From the NCBI GenBank assembly GCA_013239625.1, contig MU054212.1, positions 7,042,270 to 7,106,269 on the forward strand: a stretch of 64,000 bases of DNA. Direction: 5' to 3'. A program made the position numbers and the translations under genes. Each line of letters opens with the position of its first letter. Within the stretch, counting starts at the first letter, position 1. Shown here piece after piece: positions 10,770 to 26,189 of this stretch. The DNA comes from Lama guanicoe. Taxonomy: Eukaryota. A model generated the notes under the pieces. That model ran no database searches, was not told where the DNA came from, and saw only the letters and a list, made by a program, of their open reading frames with translations.

Positions 10770-12250
10770 AAAGGGAACCCAGCATAACAAAGAGACTAGT
10801 TAACAAAAATCAATAGAAAGAGAAAAATAGTGGAAACTGACCCAAAGTTATTCCAGATAGTGAAATTACCAGATATAAACCACCTAACAACCATGCTTAA
10901 CATGCTTATAAATATAATGTCAAATTTTAAGATTTTAAAATGAAAAATTATGTAAATTGATATTGTAGACTTGAGAAGAAGCCAGTTAGAAATCCATGAA
11001 CTGAAAACTGCTAGGTAACTACAATTCTAAACTCACTGGTTCAGTTTAAAAGCAGGTATGACAGGCTGAAGAAACAGTAACTAGGCACTCCTACCTCTCC
11101 CAGCTAGGGAGGGGTCAGTGAAGTTCTACTGGGTAGCTGGAACTCACAACCCCCACCCCACAATAAGAAGTAGAAACTGAAATCTCAGTAAGATAGCTAT
11201 ACACCTATCAGAATGGCTAAAACGAACAAACAAAAAATTTGTAACACCAAATGCTGGCAAGGATGTGAAGAAACTGGGTCACTCACACACTGGAGGTTAG
11301 AGTGTGAGATGATAGAGCTACTATGGAAAATAGTTTAACAGTTCTTTTTAAAACTAAAAATGATTTGTCGATATGACCCAGCAGTTGCACTCTTGAACAT
11401 GTATCCCAGAGAAATGAAAACTTACTTTCACTCAGAAACTTATGCAAGAATATTCTTAGGAGCTCTGTTCGTACTAGCCCAAACCTGAACACTACCTAGA
11501 TGTCCTTTAATAGTGAATAGTGAAACAAATTGTGGTACATCTAGAACATAGAATACTACCCCACAATAAAAGGGAGCAGACTCGCCATACACACAACAAC
11601 TTGGGTGAAACCCCAATTAATTTTGCTGAGTGAAAAAAAGTCAATCTCAAAGAGATATGCATTGCACGATGCCATTTTATTCACAAAATAATGTAATTAT
11701 AGAGATGGAAAACAGATCACTGGTTCCCCAGGTCTAGAGGAACATCAGGGAGGGGAAAGGGTAACATCAGGGAGGGTTGTGATGATGTACAATTAAGTAT
11801 CTTGATCATGGTGATCGAGAGCTACACATGTAATAAAATTTTATAGAGCTATATATACACACACAAATAAGTGCATGTATTACTGGTGAAATCCAAATAA
11901 GGTCTGTGGTTTGTGGTTTGATATTGTACTATAGTAACTTACGGTGCTAACACTGAGGGATGGTGGGTGAAGCAGGCACAAAACCTTTCTGTATATTTCT
12001 TTGCAACTTCCTGTGAATCTATAATTCTTTAACTATTCTTAAAATAAAAAGTTTACAGTAAATAAAGCCATAAAGGAAAATGAAAAAAAATACCTAGAAA
12101 ATCCTCATACTTGTGGAAAAGAAGGAATCAACTATAAATAAACTTTATGGAAAAACATATCACAAGGGAACTTAGAAAAAATTCTAGGCAATGACCGTGA
12201 ATATAAACATATCACAACATGTGGGACACTGACAGAGCCATGACTGGAGG
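10770..12250 (+). mobile_element. L1 fragments: ORF1/ORF2 remnants with a nested L1MC/MD-type 3' end (~11185-12055)
   Basis: tacacctatcagaatggctaaa; caaatgctggcaaggatgtg; atatgacccagcagttgcactcttg; ttgcaacttcctgtgaatctataatt...aaaataaaaagtt. Confidence 0.85.
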
Positions 12251-12601
12251 AGATAATGTGGTGGTGGGAGAGAGTCCATTTTAAACTGGATATTCCCAGG
12301 AAAAGTCCTCTTTGAGAAAGTGACAGCAGACTATAATGAACTGAGAGGAAACGCCAGAAGATCTTAGGGAAGAGTTATCCAGGAGGAACTGAAAGAGGTG
12401 CAAAGGTCCTAAAGCAGAAATGAGCTTAGAATGGTCCCAAAACAGTAACTGTAAATAATTAACTCTAGAACCATAAACAACAAAAAGATCTGCAGCATTC
12501 CAGCTGACATTCATCCAGTGCAGTCTAACATCCAGGCTCTGATCCCTGCTGCCTGGATCCCGCAGGCTGTTTTCACCATGGCAGACTCGCTTGTTAACTT
12601 G

Positions 12602-12816
12602 CCAGTGTGGTAAAATCGCAGGACCTTCACAGGTCTTGCCAGAAAGCTGATTGTTAATTTTCATTAATTTTGCAAGGCAGTTAAGGCCATGTACTAGCTT
12701 GAAATCAGCCATGGTGATTTATACCATGAAAATCAGCAAATGCCACAATCAGGTCTGGTTTCTGTTTTTGTGTTTGTCTTGGGAAGTGGTTGTTAAATTT
12801 CTCAGCACACTACTGC
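12602..12816 (+). mobile_element. MER63-like hAT-Blackjack element
   Basis: tagcttgaaatcagccatggtg...aaatcagcaaatgccacaatcagg...ttgttaaatttctcagcacactactg. Confidence 0.7.
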
Positions 12817-13654
12817 CAGACTCCTGAGAAGATAGGACCTGAGCTGCATTATCAGATAGAATATAGGCCCATTGGAAAAGATGAGAGAATTAAGAGATAT
12901 GATGACTGAGTTGGGCTAGGTTATCAGAGCTGGAATGGGTTCCACTCACAAAAGAGTAAATCATTTGGTTCTAGAAGTAGGATTATGAGGAGGAATAGAG
13001 AGGCACAAGAATGGAATCGTAGGTGAGGGGAAATGTTAATTTTAAGCTAAAAAAGTTTAGATGTCAATTGTTTAAAACCTTAAACTTTCTTAAACTCTCT
13101 ATTTCCAATTCTCCCTCTTGAAAAATATCAACCCCTGCTTCAGAGAGGAAATAGAAGGAATTGGATTTAGATTCTTATTAACTGTCACCAAATCCACAAG
13201 CAAAACACATCTTTGCCCTTCATGGCCCCCTTCTGTTCTGACGACGTAGGGTATCTGCTGGTTAGTCTTACCCCTCTACGTGCACCGGGAAGCTCATAGT
13301 ATCCTCCCTCCTCACTTATTACTTCCAACTACAACTTCAAAATTTTTACCTTACTAGAACTCTCTTTTGCGCTTTTCTTAAAACAGTTGTTTGTTCGTGT
13401 TCGTGAAGCACATGTTTCTTTCTTTTCAGCCTCCTCCCAGTAAATGCCTTCCTTTCTGTTGTTATAATCCCTTATGAAAACCACTGCATCAGGTCATCTG
13501 CTTCACTCCCTATCCATTTACTCTATTTTCTTCTAATGACTCATTATTAACATTATATTACATTTTATAGTCTTTTCCTTTATTTTCTCTTTTTCCCTTC
13601 AGAATTCAGAATCTGTGTTGTTCACTGCTGTACTCCTAGCATATACAATAGTAC

Positions 13655-13900
13655 CACTAAAAAGAACTTTCTCCACTGATGAAAACGTTCTGAATCTGTG
13701 CTATCTAAATGGTAAGCATTCTGAATCTGTACTATTTAAATGGTAAGCATTACCCATAGCCACATGATCACTTAGAATCACTTTTGATCACTTGCAATGC
13801 AGCTAATGTAACTAAATAGATTTTTGATTGTTTTTCATTTTAATTAATTTACCTTTAAACCATCACATATGGCTAGTGGCTACTATATTGGACAGCACAG
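13655..13900. mobile_element. MER3/MER33-like hAT-Charlie element inside an L2 remnant
   Basis: actttctccactgatgaaaacgttctg...atggctagtggctactatattggacagcacag; internal 31-bp tandem duplication at 13688-13751. Confidence 0.8.
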
Positions 13901-14314
13901 ATCTATCACAATGTCTGGGACATTGGAAGGGTCCAGTAAGATCTTGTTGAAACTGAAAGACTGCATGGATGAAAAAAATGCATGAAAGAGTGAAATATCT
14001 GTGGTCACTTTATAATCCTACAGATTTGGTTTGGGGACTCTCAGCTACCCCTCTTATTTGTTCAGGCTTTCTGGCATTGGTTCTATTATTCAGTTTTCTA
14101 TTAGAATTTTTGCTTGTTTCCATGCATGAATAGCATCTGACACATAGAATTCCTTTTGTTTCACCATTCTTAAGCTGACATCTCAGCAGTTTACTATGTT
14201 CTTCAGATTTCATTTCCTTCCTCACTGCTAAAACAAAATTTCTGAGCTGTCTATATTTCTGGACAGAAAACCTTCTCACTTTACCTATTTCCTCTCATGA
14301 TTTTATTTGTAATT

Positions 14315-14935
14315 GTTTTAAATATTCTTATTGTGAAATATTACATAGCAACATAAAAAAAAAACCCTTGTATTCTACAATGCAGTCTAAGAAATAAGTA
14401 GTTAACAGTAACATTCAAGTTCCAACATATTCCTCAGTGGTCACATTTCCCTTCTTTCCTCACCAGAAATTACAACCATCAAATATATAATCCTCATAGT
14501 TTCACTTTATTTTTATTACATATGTGTCTCAAAACAATGTACTGCACTGTATAGTATTGGTTTAGAGTTTTATAACTTTATATGAATAGTATTGTACTCT
14601 ACAAATTATTCTACAACTTCTTTTTTACTTTTTCAGTACATTTTTTAGATATATCTGTTGTTACATATAGCTGTATTCATTCTTTTTCACTGCTGTATAG
14701 AATTCCATTGTTTCAGTATAACATTCTGTTTATGACCATTTCAGCTTTTTTCAAATATTTTCCCCATTTTAACTGTCTCCTATAAGATTCTTGCATACTT
14801 TTCTTTATGTATTATACTAGAGTATCTCTAGGGTGTAAACACAGGGTTGAGTTGTATTTATCTTTTTAATCTTCAACAATTCTAGATATAGTCCTTTGTT
14901 ATTAATATGCATTACAAAGATCTTCTTCCAGTTTA
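14315..14935 (-). mobile_element. Old L1 (L1ME-like) 3' region
   Basis: catatagctgtattcattctttttcactgctgtatagaattccattg; tattaatatgcattacaaagatcttcttccagt. Confidence 0.75.
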
Positions 14936-17900
14936 TTCCAGTGTTTTTATTTGAAAACTTACATTTACTTTTAATGGAAATAGGCATATAAATCAGATTG
15001 GATTACCCATTGTCCAGATCCACAAATAATATCAAAATTAAGTATTTAGACAAATCATACCCAACACCCATAAAAATTAAAGATAAAGTCAGTAAGTACC
15101 ATCTTCTCTTCTAACACCTATAAATTGTATAGATTTTATCTGTGTAAGATGCTATATGTTTTTATCCATATTATTTTAATGGCTTTGATAAGGCTGTGAA
15201 ATTAATGTGCTACTTTCCTGTTCTTTCATATTCTCATAAAAATATTAAGCAACTTTATCTTAAATCATTTCAGCAGCCATGATTCACTCACAAATTCTTT
15301 CTAGTTAACAGTGCAGATATACTCATATTTTTTCAGTAATTATGAACACCATATTTAGTTGTTTAGTCTCCCTTTCTTTATCTATTATCTAGCTGGTTTA
15401 TTTTATTCTAATCTAAGTGTGCCCAATAATAGTTAGAAGTCTACATTCTTTTCACAAAGAAGATTTTTTTAAAAAGGTCTGACAATGGGAAATACTTCAT
15501 AAAATACTATTCAAAATATAATTACTTAAATTTTCCCAACCTTTCACCCCATATAGCTGAGATTTTATGCTTAAAGTTATAGTTCAAACAAAAATTATGC
15601 CAATTATTCTATTTATATAGCTTCTAAATCCCTAAACCAGGTAAAACATAGCCAGTAAAGAGCACAGAATACAAATGCAAACCATCAAACAAGTCAGCAA
15701 GCAGGAATCAGAGTCAAGATCCTAGCCAAGGTCAGTAATCAGAGATTTGGAACTTGACTGAGCAGAAGAATGACCAACTACTACTGAGACCAATGATCTA
15801 AAATGACTAAACCAGATTCCCAATTAGATTGGTTCTTCTTCAGTTGCAGATGACAGAAACTCAGCTTAAGCATAAATAAAAACATAAAAACACACAAAAA
15901 AATACAAAGAAAAACTACAACATTAAAAGGAGTATTTATGAAAAAGATACTGGTTAGTTAATGGGAAATGTCCACTTGTAAGAGAAACAGGAATACAGGG
16001 ACTCAAATGCCATCAGCATTCTCTCTGCCCCAGTCTCAGATACTCTTTACATACTTGTTATAGTTTTCTCTCTACAACTTGACTTTTTCTATGTTTCAGA
16101 AATCTTGGCTGCTGACACCTCCTGAGTTTTATATCTTAGGGCTTCAGCCACCAAAGAGATGCAGACTCTTTCTCAGATTTGATTCCACTTATCTTTGGGA
16201 GGATTTTAATTAGCCTTATTTGGACCAAGTGCCTATATCTGAGTCAATGAATTGTCGCCAGGAAGTCAAGATACTACTACTGTACTAGCATGAGTCTACT
16301 TTCTATTCCTGGCCGCAGTTATGGCCAGCGGTAAGGTTACTGTCTATTAGCATGACTTCCCTCACTGTAATTTTGGGGGTCATGGGTTGGGGAGAAGATA
16401 GGGGAGTCTAAGCAGATGCTTCTAAAGGCTCTATTCCAAAAATGGCAGGCAGACTACCAGGTGGTGGCTCTACACCGAAGGGAAGGATACGTGTCAATCA
16501 TGCAAAGATGTTTCTGATGATTCCAATTTTTCGAACAGTGAACAAAGCTATGTTGTGAGGTAGAATGCATTAGCTCACTAAAAGTGACTAAGGAGAAGCT
16601 ACCAAATCATTTAAGTATTGTATAGGCAGGATTTGGAAAATGTCTAAGAGTTGTACTGAATTACCTTCTAAGGGCCACTTCATTTTAACATTCACAGTGC
16701 TTGATTTATTTTATTTCATCCATTCATTCATTCATTTCTCAATTTTCTGCTTATATCTGGTTTATGTCACTGTTCTACTTGTTTAGGGTACAAAGAATAA
16801 GACATATTCTATACCCTCAAAGTATTCACCAATTTGATCATATATCTTATATTTTTAGTAATGCCAAAGGGTTTTAACACAAAGTCTAGAAGTTACCTGT
16901 CCACGAGACAATAAAAGTATTCCTTGCCTCGTTACCACACGTTCTGTATTCCAGCCACACCAGTCATCAAAATGAGCCTTACTGACACTTCCATGCTGCC
17001 ATTCCCTACCACACTCTTTTTACTCTACCTTTCCTTAAGTCTCTGTGTAGTATAATGCCTCCTTTTATTTCTCAGCACAAATTTACTTACTCCTTCTCCC
17101 TGTACTTTTATCACTTTAAAATGATACTGTATTTATCATATAGTATCTTAAATAATTGTGCACCATGTGTATGTTCCAACTGACAAGATCCAAGAGGATA
17201 AGGATATTATTTTATTTATTCAAAAAACTGATTGTGATAAGATGAGGATTGTAAACAGTGGAAAAATTTTGAATAAAATGTAACCTAGAAAATCAAGTTT
17301 TGAGTTATTGCTTAAAAAGCAAAATAAAAGAGTTGTCATTTACATATATTTATAAAGAGCTTAAAGACAGCATTTGTTCATAAAGGGAAGTAGCAGCATA
17401 GAAAAGATTCATATTTATAATAAACTATAGGTCAATATTCCAATCACAGATTCTGGGAAAAATATTTCAGTTTTTATCATGGAGTCATTATGAACAATTC
17501 TTGACAGCTATTTTCAAAGTTATTTCAAGAAACAACGAAAAAAAATGTTTGCCAAATAGAGCACAGCCATTAAAAGCAGACAGTGATACTGAACATGCAT
17601 TTATCAAATACTAACTTTCCTTTTAACTGAAGTTTCAGAATATTAAAAATCCTATTATAGAAAATTCATGATACCATAATAGTAAGAGAAATAAGAATAA
17701 ATTAGCTTTGAGTGTTGCTTTCACAAAGAGCATAGTTTTCCTAAATCTTTTTATTCTTCATTATACAATAATATATTATTTTGTGACTGTGTTGAAGGCA
17801 TTGCAAAATAGTAAAGAAAATTGCAAAAAGACGGGAGTTTTTCTACATCTTTCCTGTCCGTACCTATAATAGTTTCTTTTATAAATCTTTAAACTCTGTT

Positions 17901-18699
17901 TCTCTGATTCCTAATCTCTTCTCTCTTTCTTTGATGAAATTCTATTGACTTTATGTCTGTATTACAGCCAACAGATTAGAGTTAAGATATATTAAGTATT
18001 ACATCTCATGATTTTACTAAAGCCAAGCAAATCTTCAGAAAAATTCAATAACATCTTTTTCTACAAATCAAATTAGAACCGAAAAAGTTGGTTTCTACAC
18101 ATATATTCATAAAGGTATCTCACAGTGTGCTCTGAATTTATCTAAGAAATGAGCTTTCACCTTTTGGTAATTACTTAAGACATAAGGAACAGCAAGCAAG
18201 TCAAACCAGATTTTATGATGTTAAATTATTTCATAGGTCAATATCATGTATTAAATTATTTCACCTCTGAGTCACATCAAATAATTTTACAGTGATTGTA
18301 CTGAGAAATATTTATATTTCCTGATAAAATATAAAGTATTTAAAGTATTGGTATTTAATAACTACTTTATGTCTCAAATGTAAAATAAATGATTCCTATA
18401 AATTTGAGTTTTAAAATTCTTATGGAAGAAATACTTTACTAATTAGAAAATACTATGCCATTTTACTATAAGATAGCTTTTGTTCCTGAAGAAATGTGCC
18501 TTTGGATTTTACTCTTTTTAGAATGCCCATAACTATTTATGGATCACTTCTACCTACTTCTGATAGACATTTTGGGGAATACCAGAAAAGTATGAGCATA
18601 ACCCCTGTTCCCCGAAAGTTTCAATTTATTTGGAGATATTATTAACTCATGAAATAGAGGAGTCTTGGCCCAAGAAAAACAAAAAATAATATCTTGTAT

Positions 18700-18875
18700 T
18701 TAAGACATACCGCATATGCATTTACTTCTCACAACAACCTATGAGGTAGGTACTGTTACTGGCCCCGTTTTGCGAAGGAGACCCTGAGACCCTCAGAGGT
18801 CATGCACTCACCAGGGTCTTGTAGCTAGCAGTGCAGAGCCACACTTAGCCCAGGAGTCGATCACCACACTCTACT
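18700..18875 (-). mobile_element. MIR SINE
   Basis: tctcacaacaacctatgaggtaggtactgttactggccccgttttgcgaaggagaccctgag (MIR core). Confidence 0.85.
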
Positions 18876-21529
18876 CCTGCTGAAGAGAGACCAGTGTTCC
18901 TAGGGTGAAGCAAAAGTAGGGAAAGAGTTCTCAGGATCCTCTAACGTGCTATTGTTTTTAAAATAAGAATAAAATTCACAGTATTTCCCAATCATTGATA
19001 AAATGTAAACCTGGTTTGAACTTCCAGAATCAGGAGAAATGATTACAAAGTCTCTGGAACTACAGAATTAGTCTTAATATCAAATAGATTTAAAGCTTAA
19101 ATGTAAAAAAAAAAACAAAAAAACAGCTAGAGAAACTGTTTATATAAAAACTCAATGAGAAAGGCCTCTGAGCATAACACCAAAACCACATAATGTTCAA
19201 CAAATATGGCTGCACAAAATTTACTGCCACCCAGCTATTAAAAATAAATTGCTCAAATCAGGAAGAGATTATTAAAATGTGGGCATCAAAGAGTTTCTGG
19301 CTTAACATACAGTTACAAAAATTGGTAAAAAAAAAAATTGAAATATACAAACAGAAAAATTAGCAAAGGACCTGGAGCCCGCAGTCCCTATACATACACT
19401 TAGGCGCATGCTCATATACACCGTGGGAAGAGAGATCAATTAATATAGGGAAAGTGCTTGATCATCAGTCATTAATAATGAAATAAAACAGTTTTTGCAG
19501 AAGTTATACAGTAAAGTAATAGTTATCATATAGCAAAAGGTAATGCAGACATGCAGACTGCAAAAGAATGTCACATAAGGCAATAACAAACCTCAGTTCT
19601 GAACAGATTATCTAAATCCTATAGGGGAGAGAAAATAATATATAATATAAATAATACACAGTTCTCTTTGAGAAAGAAAATTGTGAAGTTTTTAAAAAAG
19701 ACTTCTTTTAATTTGGGGAATCATACTTAATGAGCTAGAAAATGAAAAGAAAAATCACTGTTACCTAGAAATTATTTAGATACCCATGTTATGAATCACT
19801 TACCGTCATTAGTCATTCAAACTAGAGGATGTAGAACATTTGCATCCCTTGGAACCAAAGTAACTATTTGTTAACGAAAGTAAGCTTGAATTGAGATTGC
19901 CTAACTGAGAGATAGGTTCTAATGTGCTGGGTTTTCCAGTCATTCTGTGTAAAAAGATAAGCACCTTCTTGTAAAATTATTTTCTTTCCCAGCTGAAATG
20001 TAACCTTTTTGTTTTTCAACACTTTTGGAACATGCATAGATAATTATGAGACATGATACGGCACAGCTACCATAAGAAAACTATTGGTTCATAAACTGAA
20101 TTTACTTTAATCACTTCAGATAGATTTGCATCTACAAAGAATTATCTCCCAAAAAGATTAGTCTCTGTTTTTCCAAAACTGAAATATGCCAGAACACCCT
20201 TGCTTGAATAAAACATAGGCTTCTGAGAGCTTCTAAACCTAAACATAATAAGCCTGTTGTGGGACTTTATTCATTCTTAAATACCATTTTTTAAAATCAA
20301 TATATAACTGTTCATCAGCAATAAATAGTATATTAAATGCACAATGAAGCACTTTTGAATAAATACTCTTTTATATCGTAACTATTCTGAATTCTGTTTC
20401 AGGATTGTGGTAGAGTCAATATTATGTGTTCATCGCATAATTTTCTCTTCCTGAGCACATAAAAAAACTAAATTAGAATAGTCCTTGGCCTTTTAAACAT
20501 TCCATTTGCTCCTCTTTTCCTTTCCACTGCTACCTTGGAAGCCACATGTTCAGTATCTTAGAGCTACAGTGATAGAAGCTGGGTCCCTGGGCTATCCGTT
20601 AACGAAGACCCACCTAGGGAAAACGCCTTGTCTACATCACTGTGACATCATTAAAAAAGGGACCTTTGTTTTGTTAAATCAGCATGGTTTTGGAATTTTT
20701 ACATAGCATTTTCTAAGCTGTTCTAATAGAGGTTTGCATTATTAAAGCAGTTAGCTGATTAAAAGTATAGATCTGCAGTTTAAAACCATAATTGTTTAAA
20801 AATGAAAAAAAAGCAATAATAATAATGGAAATAGCTCAAATGATGATTCATTGTCTTCAAAACCAAAAGAATCAAGTCTACATAAGTGAAATAAAAGTGA
20901 TTATGCCTTTAACAATATAGTAGTAGAATGTGGAAAACAGACCACTTATATTTTATAAAGTTCTCTGTGTTGAAAGCTAAGAACACCTCCTGTGTAGTAA
21001 AGCATTTTTACATTTTCCTTGGAATATCTGAATTGAAAATAATCTCAATTTATTAAACATAACTTTGATTTTGAGTTTAGGCACATTGATTTTTCATAGA
21101 AACAAGGTCATACTGTATTATTTCACATCTGGTTATTTGTATACCACCATCTTTTTTTTGTTGTTACAGTTCACATACTCTCTATGCTGTTATTTAAGTA
21201 ACTTACACCAATTCACATTTTATTATCTATTTTCTACTAGATATCAAAATAATTACTTAGCTATTATAATACAAATTATCAGGAATGGTTACAAATTTAA
21301 CTTAACACGAGTGATAAAAATACCCTTTTTGGAAACCACTCTTATAATAAAGGATGATTAGTTCCCAGGTAACCAAATGACATCCACCTTCCTCCCAAAT
21401 AACACCATGTTTGTTAAAATATTATTCTATCAGATAAGTCTACTGAAATGTTAATTTGTGTCTGTTCTCCCATATATTCTCCCAACCCCCCTTTCCCATT
21501 TTAATTTCAGAACGAAACTCCATAGTTCT

Positions 21530-22160
21530 TTGTTACCAAGATTTTTGTCCTAGGGAAAAGCAGAGGCAGCCTGAAGTGTCTTTGATCTTTTAGCTCATGG
21601 GGTGTCCTAGAAAGGAAGGTAGGATCAGTAAGGTGCATAGAAGTATTCCCCAGGACTTGGTGATGGAGGAGTTCTGCGAGTCCAAGAAGGCTGTGGCTGC
21701 ATCCAAGGAAGCAACCAGACCTGGGGGTCATGGGGCTGACTGTTGGTTGCAGTCAGAGAGGCTGCATCACAGGCGTGAGGACTTCCGGTTGCTCTCAGCT
21801 CCCATGTTCCTAGGGGACATCAACCCAGCAGACCTAAGTAATTAGTGAGGCCCATGAAAAGGCTGGGACTCCTGTTGGACCAGGTGACACATGGAAGGAG
21901 ATTGCTGGGTGAGACAGTTATCACATTTCCAGATGCTCCAGTGCTTCCAAAGACCCCAGATACTTGGCAGAAATGGTTTGGTTTGGTGTGTGGAGCAAGA
22001 CAGAGGTGATACCAAGACTGAATGATGGTAAATCTCCTGCTGAACTAACTGATGGAATCGGGCCTTCAAGTTGGAATGTAGTTTATGATTTAGAGGAAGT
22101 TTTAAGTGTGGTATTCTTTACACAACTCAGTTTGTAGACTAAGATCCATGCTTTCTACAT
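21530..22160. mobile_element. Probable ancient LTR, family unassigned
   Basis: GC-richer block beginning TG (tgttacc) and ending CA (gctttctaca) within AT-rich DNA; its ORFs are unrecognisable. Confidence 0.4.
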
Positions 22161-25100
22161 TAATAAAAGTATATTACTAGTAGAATCTGACCATCTTTTA
22201 ACAGAATTTTTCTAAGGGAATTATAACTTTCACTTAAGGATGATGTCAGTAATATAATTTATTTAGCCCAAATGTTAGTATAAATCCTTCACGTCCTCTC
22301 CCCATACACATGGACACACACACACATCCACACACAAACAATACAAAACCTCTAGGTGTATGTACATAGCAGTAAGGGCTCTTCTAATTTTACATACCCT
22401 AGGCCCCTCAGCAACAAAGAAACAAATCTTTTCTGAAAAACATTTCTGGTAACTTACCTAAAGAATGACAGAACCAGCGATGGAGAGAGAGTTACCTCCA
22501 TGTTGTTTCTATCTATATTCACTTATGATCATTTAGTAAGAGAAACCATAGACAAAATTTTAGAAAATTATATGCCTTTGACCATTGATTTAATTACTTT
22601 TCTTTTAAGGTATCAAGAAACAGCTCTCTTGAAAATTTTCCAATTTAGTATCTATTAAGGAACTAAATGTTGACAACTCAGTTACGTTGATTAATATGGA
22701 ATTAAGATAAATATAATATGACCTTCCAAGAGGTTTATTTATTGCCTTTATAAGAAAGATTCTAATATTATCAATTATTCTGAGGTTATGTTTGAATAAT
22801 GAAGAAACTACTTACTGTTTGTTAACATTATATAGAAATTTTAAAAATACTCACCAGAATCTGTTTATTCTTCTAATGAAACACTCTTCATTCTGCCTGT
22901 CATTTTAATACACCTTGTAGGGTTTAAAGATTGGAAAGTCTGAGAGGAATCCTTAGTTTTCTGATGAGGGATACTTACAAAATTCTACTGAGAATTGTTA
23001 CCTAGTGCTGCTTTTTCCGTTTTTGCCTAAGGATATCCATACCTTGCAATGGAGCCTCCAGAGTATATCTAATTTTTATTCATCCAGATTCCCTAAATGA
23101 TCTTCCCCAAAATGCAAGCTACTGAATTAATATAAACCATATGTTGCTAAATAAGAAAGAATTCTACTTCATAGGAGCTACCAAATTAAAATTTAATAAA
23201 AATGGAAAGACTAACTCTCCCTTGAATATGACCTTGGCAAAAGGTCATTTTTTTTTTCCATCTCGAGGTCTTCAAACACTAAATTGAAAACAGGTAATGT
23301 ACTGCTTTCACTCACCCCATCACCCACTGTTCACTCGGTATTCCTCTTCTTACGTTCTTTTTCAGAGCCCAGTAAGTCATCCAAAGGGAAGGAAAATGTG
23401 AGACTAAAGCTAATAAGGAAGTAAAGAAGAATAGGGTGAAGTTTGACAATGAAGCTTTATTTCCCTCTAACTATAGCTTTAAGCCGTTAGTTGAAAAAAG
23501 TTAATAAAATACTGAGGTTTCCTATTACATGTTTCATCCTAAACAATAATGCACCTTAACAGCTTCCCACTCCATGAGTGGCCAATTAATCAACAGGAGT
23601 GATTTCTTTGTATGGAAAGGTATACTTCCTTTATTTTTAAAAAAGAAAATCAAAGTGGACGTCACCATAAGGTTATCATTATGCCACAGGGAGGGAAAAA
23701 GTAAGTCATGCTTTCATTAATCATTCTGTTTTTGAAAGATTTTAAAATATAAATGTTTGGATTTTTAAAATTTCTATGATTTAATAAAAATCTCAATACA
23801 AGCAATACTTAGTATATTTTCCAGGAATTATATAATTTTCACTACTAGATGATCTTAAGTATTAATATTCAATATAGAAATCAAAGTTCATTCACTGGTA
23901 TAGCTCTTGAGAAATGTTAGGTCACACTGGAAAATTAAGCCCTCCGCTAATTTCTTATTATTCTTTAACTATCAGTTAAGAGAAACAGTTTTTGTTTGCT
24001 GCAAGACAAGGCAAAGATATAAATAAAAATAAATAAATAATAGCACCTAGTAAGAAATCTGTGCTTAGAGAAATAACAAAAAAAAAAATATAGCACAAAT
24101 GTGTAGCCATCTGGAGAATACGAATCTCAAAAGTAATAAGCAGCATTTGGAATTTATTACAAAGAATAATGCCAAGAGCTTCTTATTGCAGTTTTCTTTG
24201 GAAATGTTCAAATTAGTGAGTAAAGAAATACATTATATACTACATATTTGGGTCCTAGTGATACCATTTTATACTTGATCTCGTGGCATATTATTTGCTA
24301 ACTAATCCAAATTAGCTTGGCTATAAATGCTGTCACGCTGATTCAAAATTTGCTATCACACCACAAACAGCCAGTCACATGAACGACCCAGTTTGATGGA
24401 ATTGTCTAGAGCCAGAGGGATGATGATACTGGGTCATCTTTGATATCAGATCGTAGAATGTGAGGAAATTAATAAATTTGAAAGCAATTGAGATATTAAG
24501 CAGATATAAAGTACAGGGTAGAAAAGAGAGGAGACATAATGAAAACCAAATAGGTCAAACAAATCACCAAACACTGATCATCACCTTCAGGACAGGTAAC
24601 CAGTGGGATCCAGAATGGTTCCCATCATCACCACAAGTGTAATTTTAACAAGTCCACTCAAATTTGCTACTTCAAAATCTAGATGTGGGAGAAGGAAGAG
24701 AAAAAAATAATTACTGAAGTAGTTAAGATAAATATTTTTTAAATTAAACGCAAGGAAGTAGAAATGGAGAGGAGAAGAAAGAACCGAAAGGTATTTAAGA
24801 CGCATATAGGGCATGATCTGGTGAGAACTTGGGTGTGGTAATTAACAGAGAAGGTGGAGTCTAAAAGAACTCTCAAGTTTCTGGCATGAGGGAATGAATA
24901 GATGTCACCACCATTATCTTAAATGGGGTCTATGTGAGGAAGAACCTCACATAGGGTTTGAAGGAGAGATGACTTTTAATTTTATATATGGGTGCTTTTT
25001 GCTTTTTAGTGGTTATATTATGTGTGTGTCAAAAATCCATGAGAAAGTTTGAGACTGGAGCTGGAGTTTGGGTATTATCATTATGGAGCACTGAACCTTG

Positions 25101-26189
25101 GTCAATGCTATGGAATGCACTAATTAAAGATAAATGATGTTTTGAAACCATGGGCCTGAGAATTGTTTTAGAAAAGGATATATTAGCTTTCCAGCACTGT
25201 TTGTTTAGTAATAATAATTGGATTTAAAATTGTGTCTAATTTCAGTAGAGCCTGGAGGAGGGGGCTTTCAAAGTAAAGGCTGGCAACATAGCTAGAATAT
25301 ATCTATACGAGGAGTTCATTATAAGAGCTCTCTCCATCTTGAGCAGATTTGAATTTCCAGCTTGAGATGCACACATGTAGTGGTTATAGACCTGTACAGA
25401 CCAAGAGCACCTGTGTGACCCAGAGGTGGGAGAATAAAGAAATCTGTGCCTGAGAGCTCTGGACCCTTGGCTATGAGTATCTTCTGTTGTTTTGTGCTAT
25501 ATCCTTTGCCTGTAATAAAGTTGTTCTGAGAGCATAAACTGAGTGAGTTCCATAAAGCAGTGGAATACCAAAGGTGATTAACACATCATTAACACTGGCT
25601 AACATAATTTTACTAGCAAAAATGCTCAGCTTTTTCAGTCTCTCAAAGAATTTGTCACGACTGTAATGTTGAGATTCAACCATTACAATTCCTGAGGCTA
25701 GTTTTTTCCTGAAGGAAAAAAAAAAAGAAAAAAGAAATATAGTCTCATTTCCACAAAACAAATTTAAAAGAAAGAAAAATTATTATCCAGTTTGTTCATG
25801 AAACATTTTACTCTAACAGAGTACAAAAATATCTGAATAACTGATTTTCCATGCAAATTCATTAAGAGAAGCAATCCATGTTGGGTACTCATACTCTGTT
25901 GGTTGTATTCTTTCACTTTATTTTCAGCTATTTCTTCACCCCTCCACCTTCGTTATGTAATTTCACATGCCCAAGCATTTCATCCATTTCGCTGGTTGGT
26001 GGTTAAAGCCAAAGTTTTTCCAGCATCCTAAGGATGGGTTGAATCCTTTCAGTCCCCCAGAAAAGACTTTTAATTACCACTGTTCACGCAAACATCCTGT
26101 AAGTACCTAGAGAAGAAGGCCAGATGATGATATTCATAGATAACAAACTAAGGTGAAATAGAATGATATAGTGATGAAAGTAGGAGATT

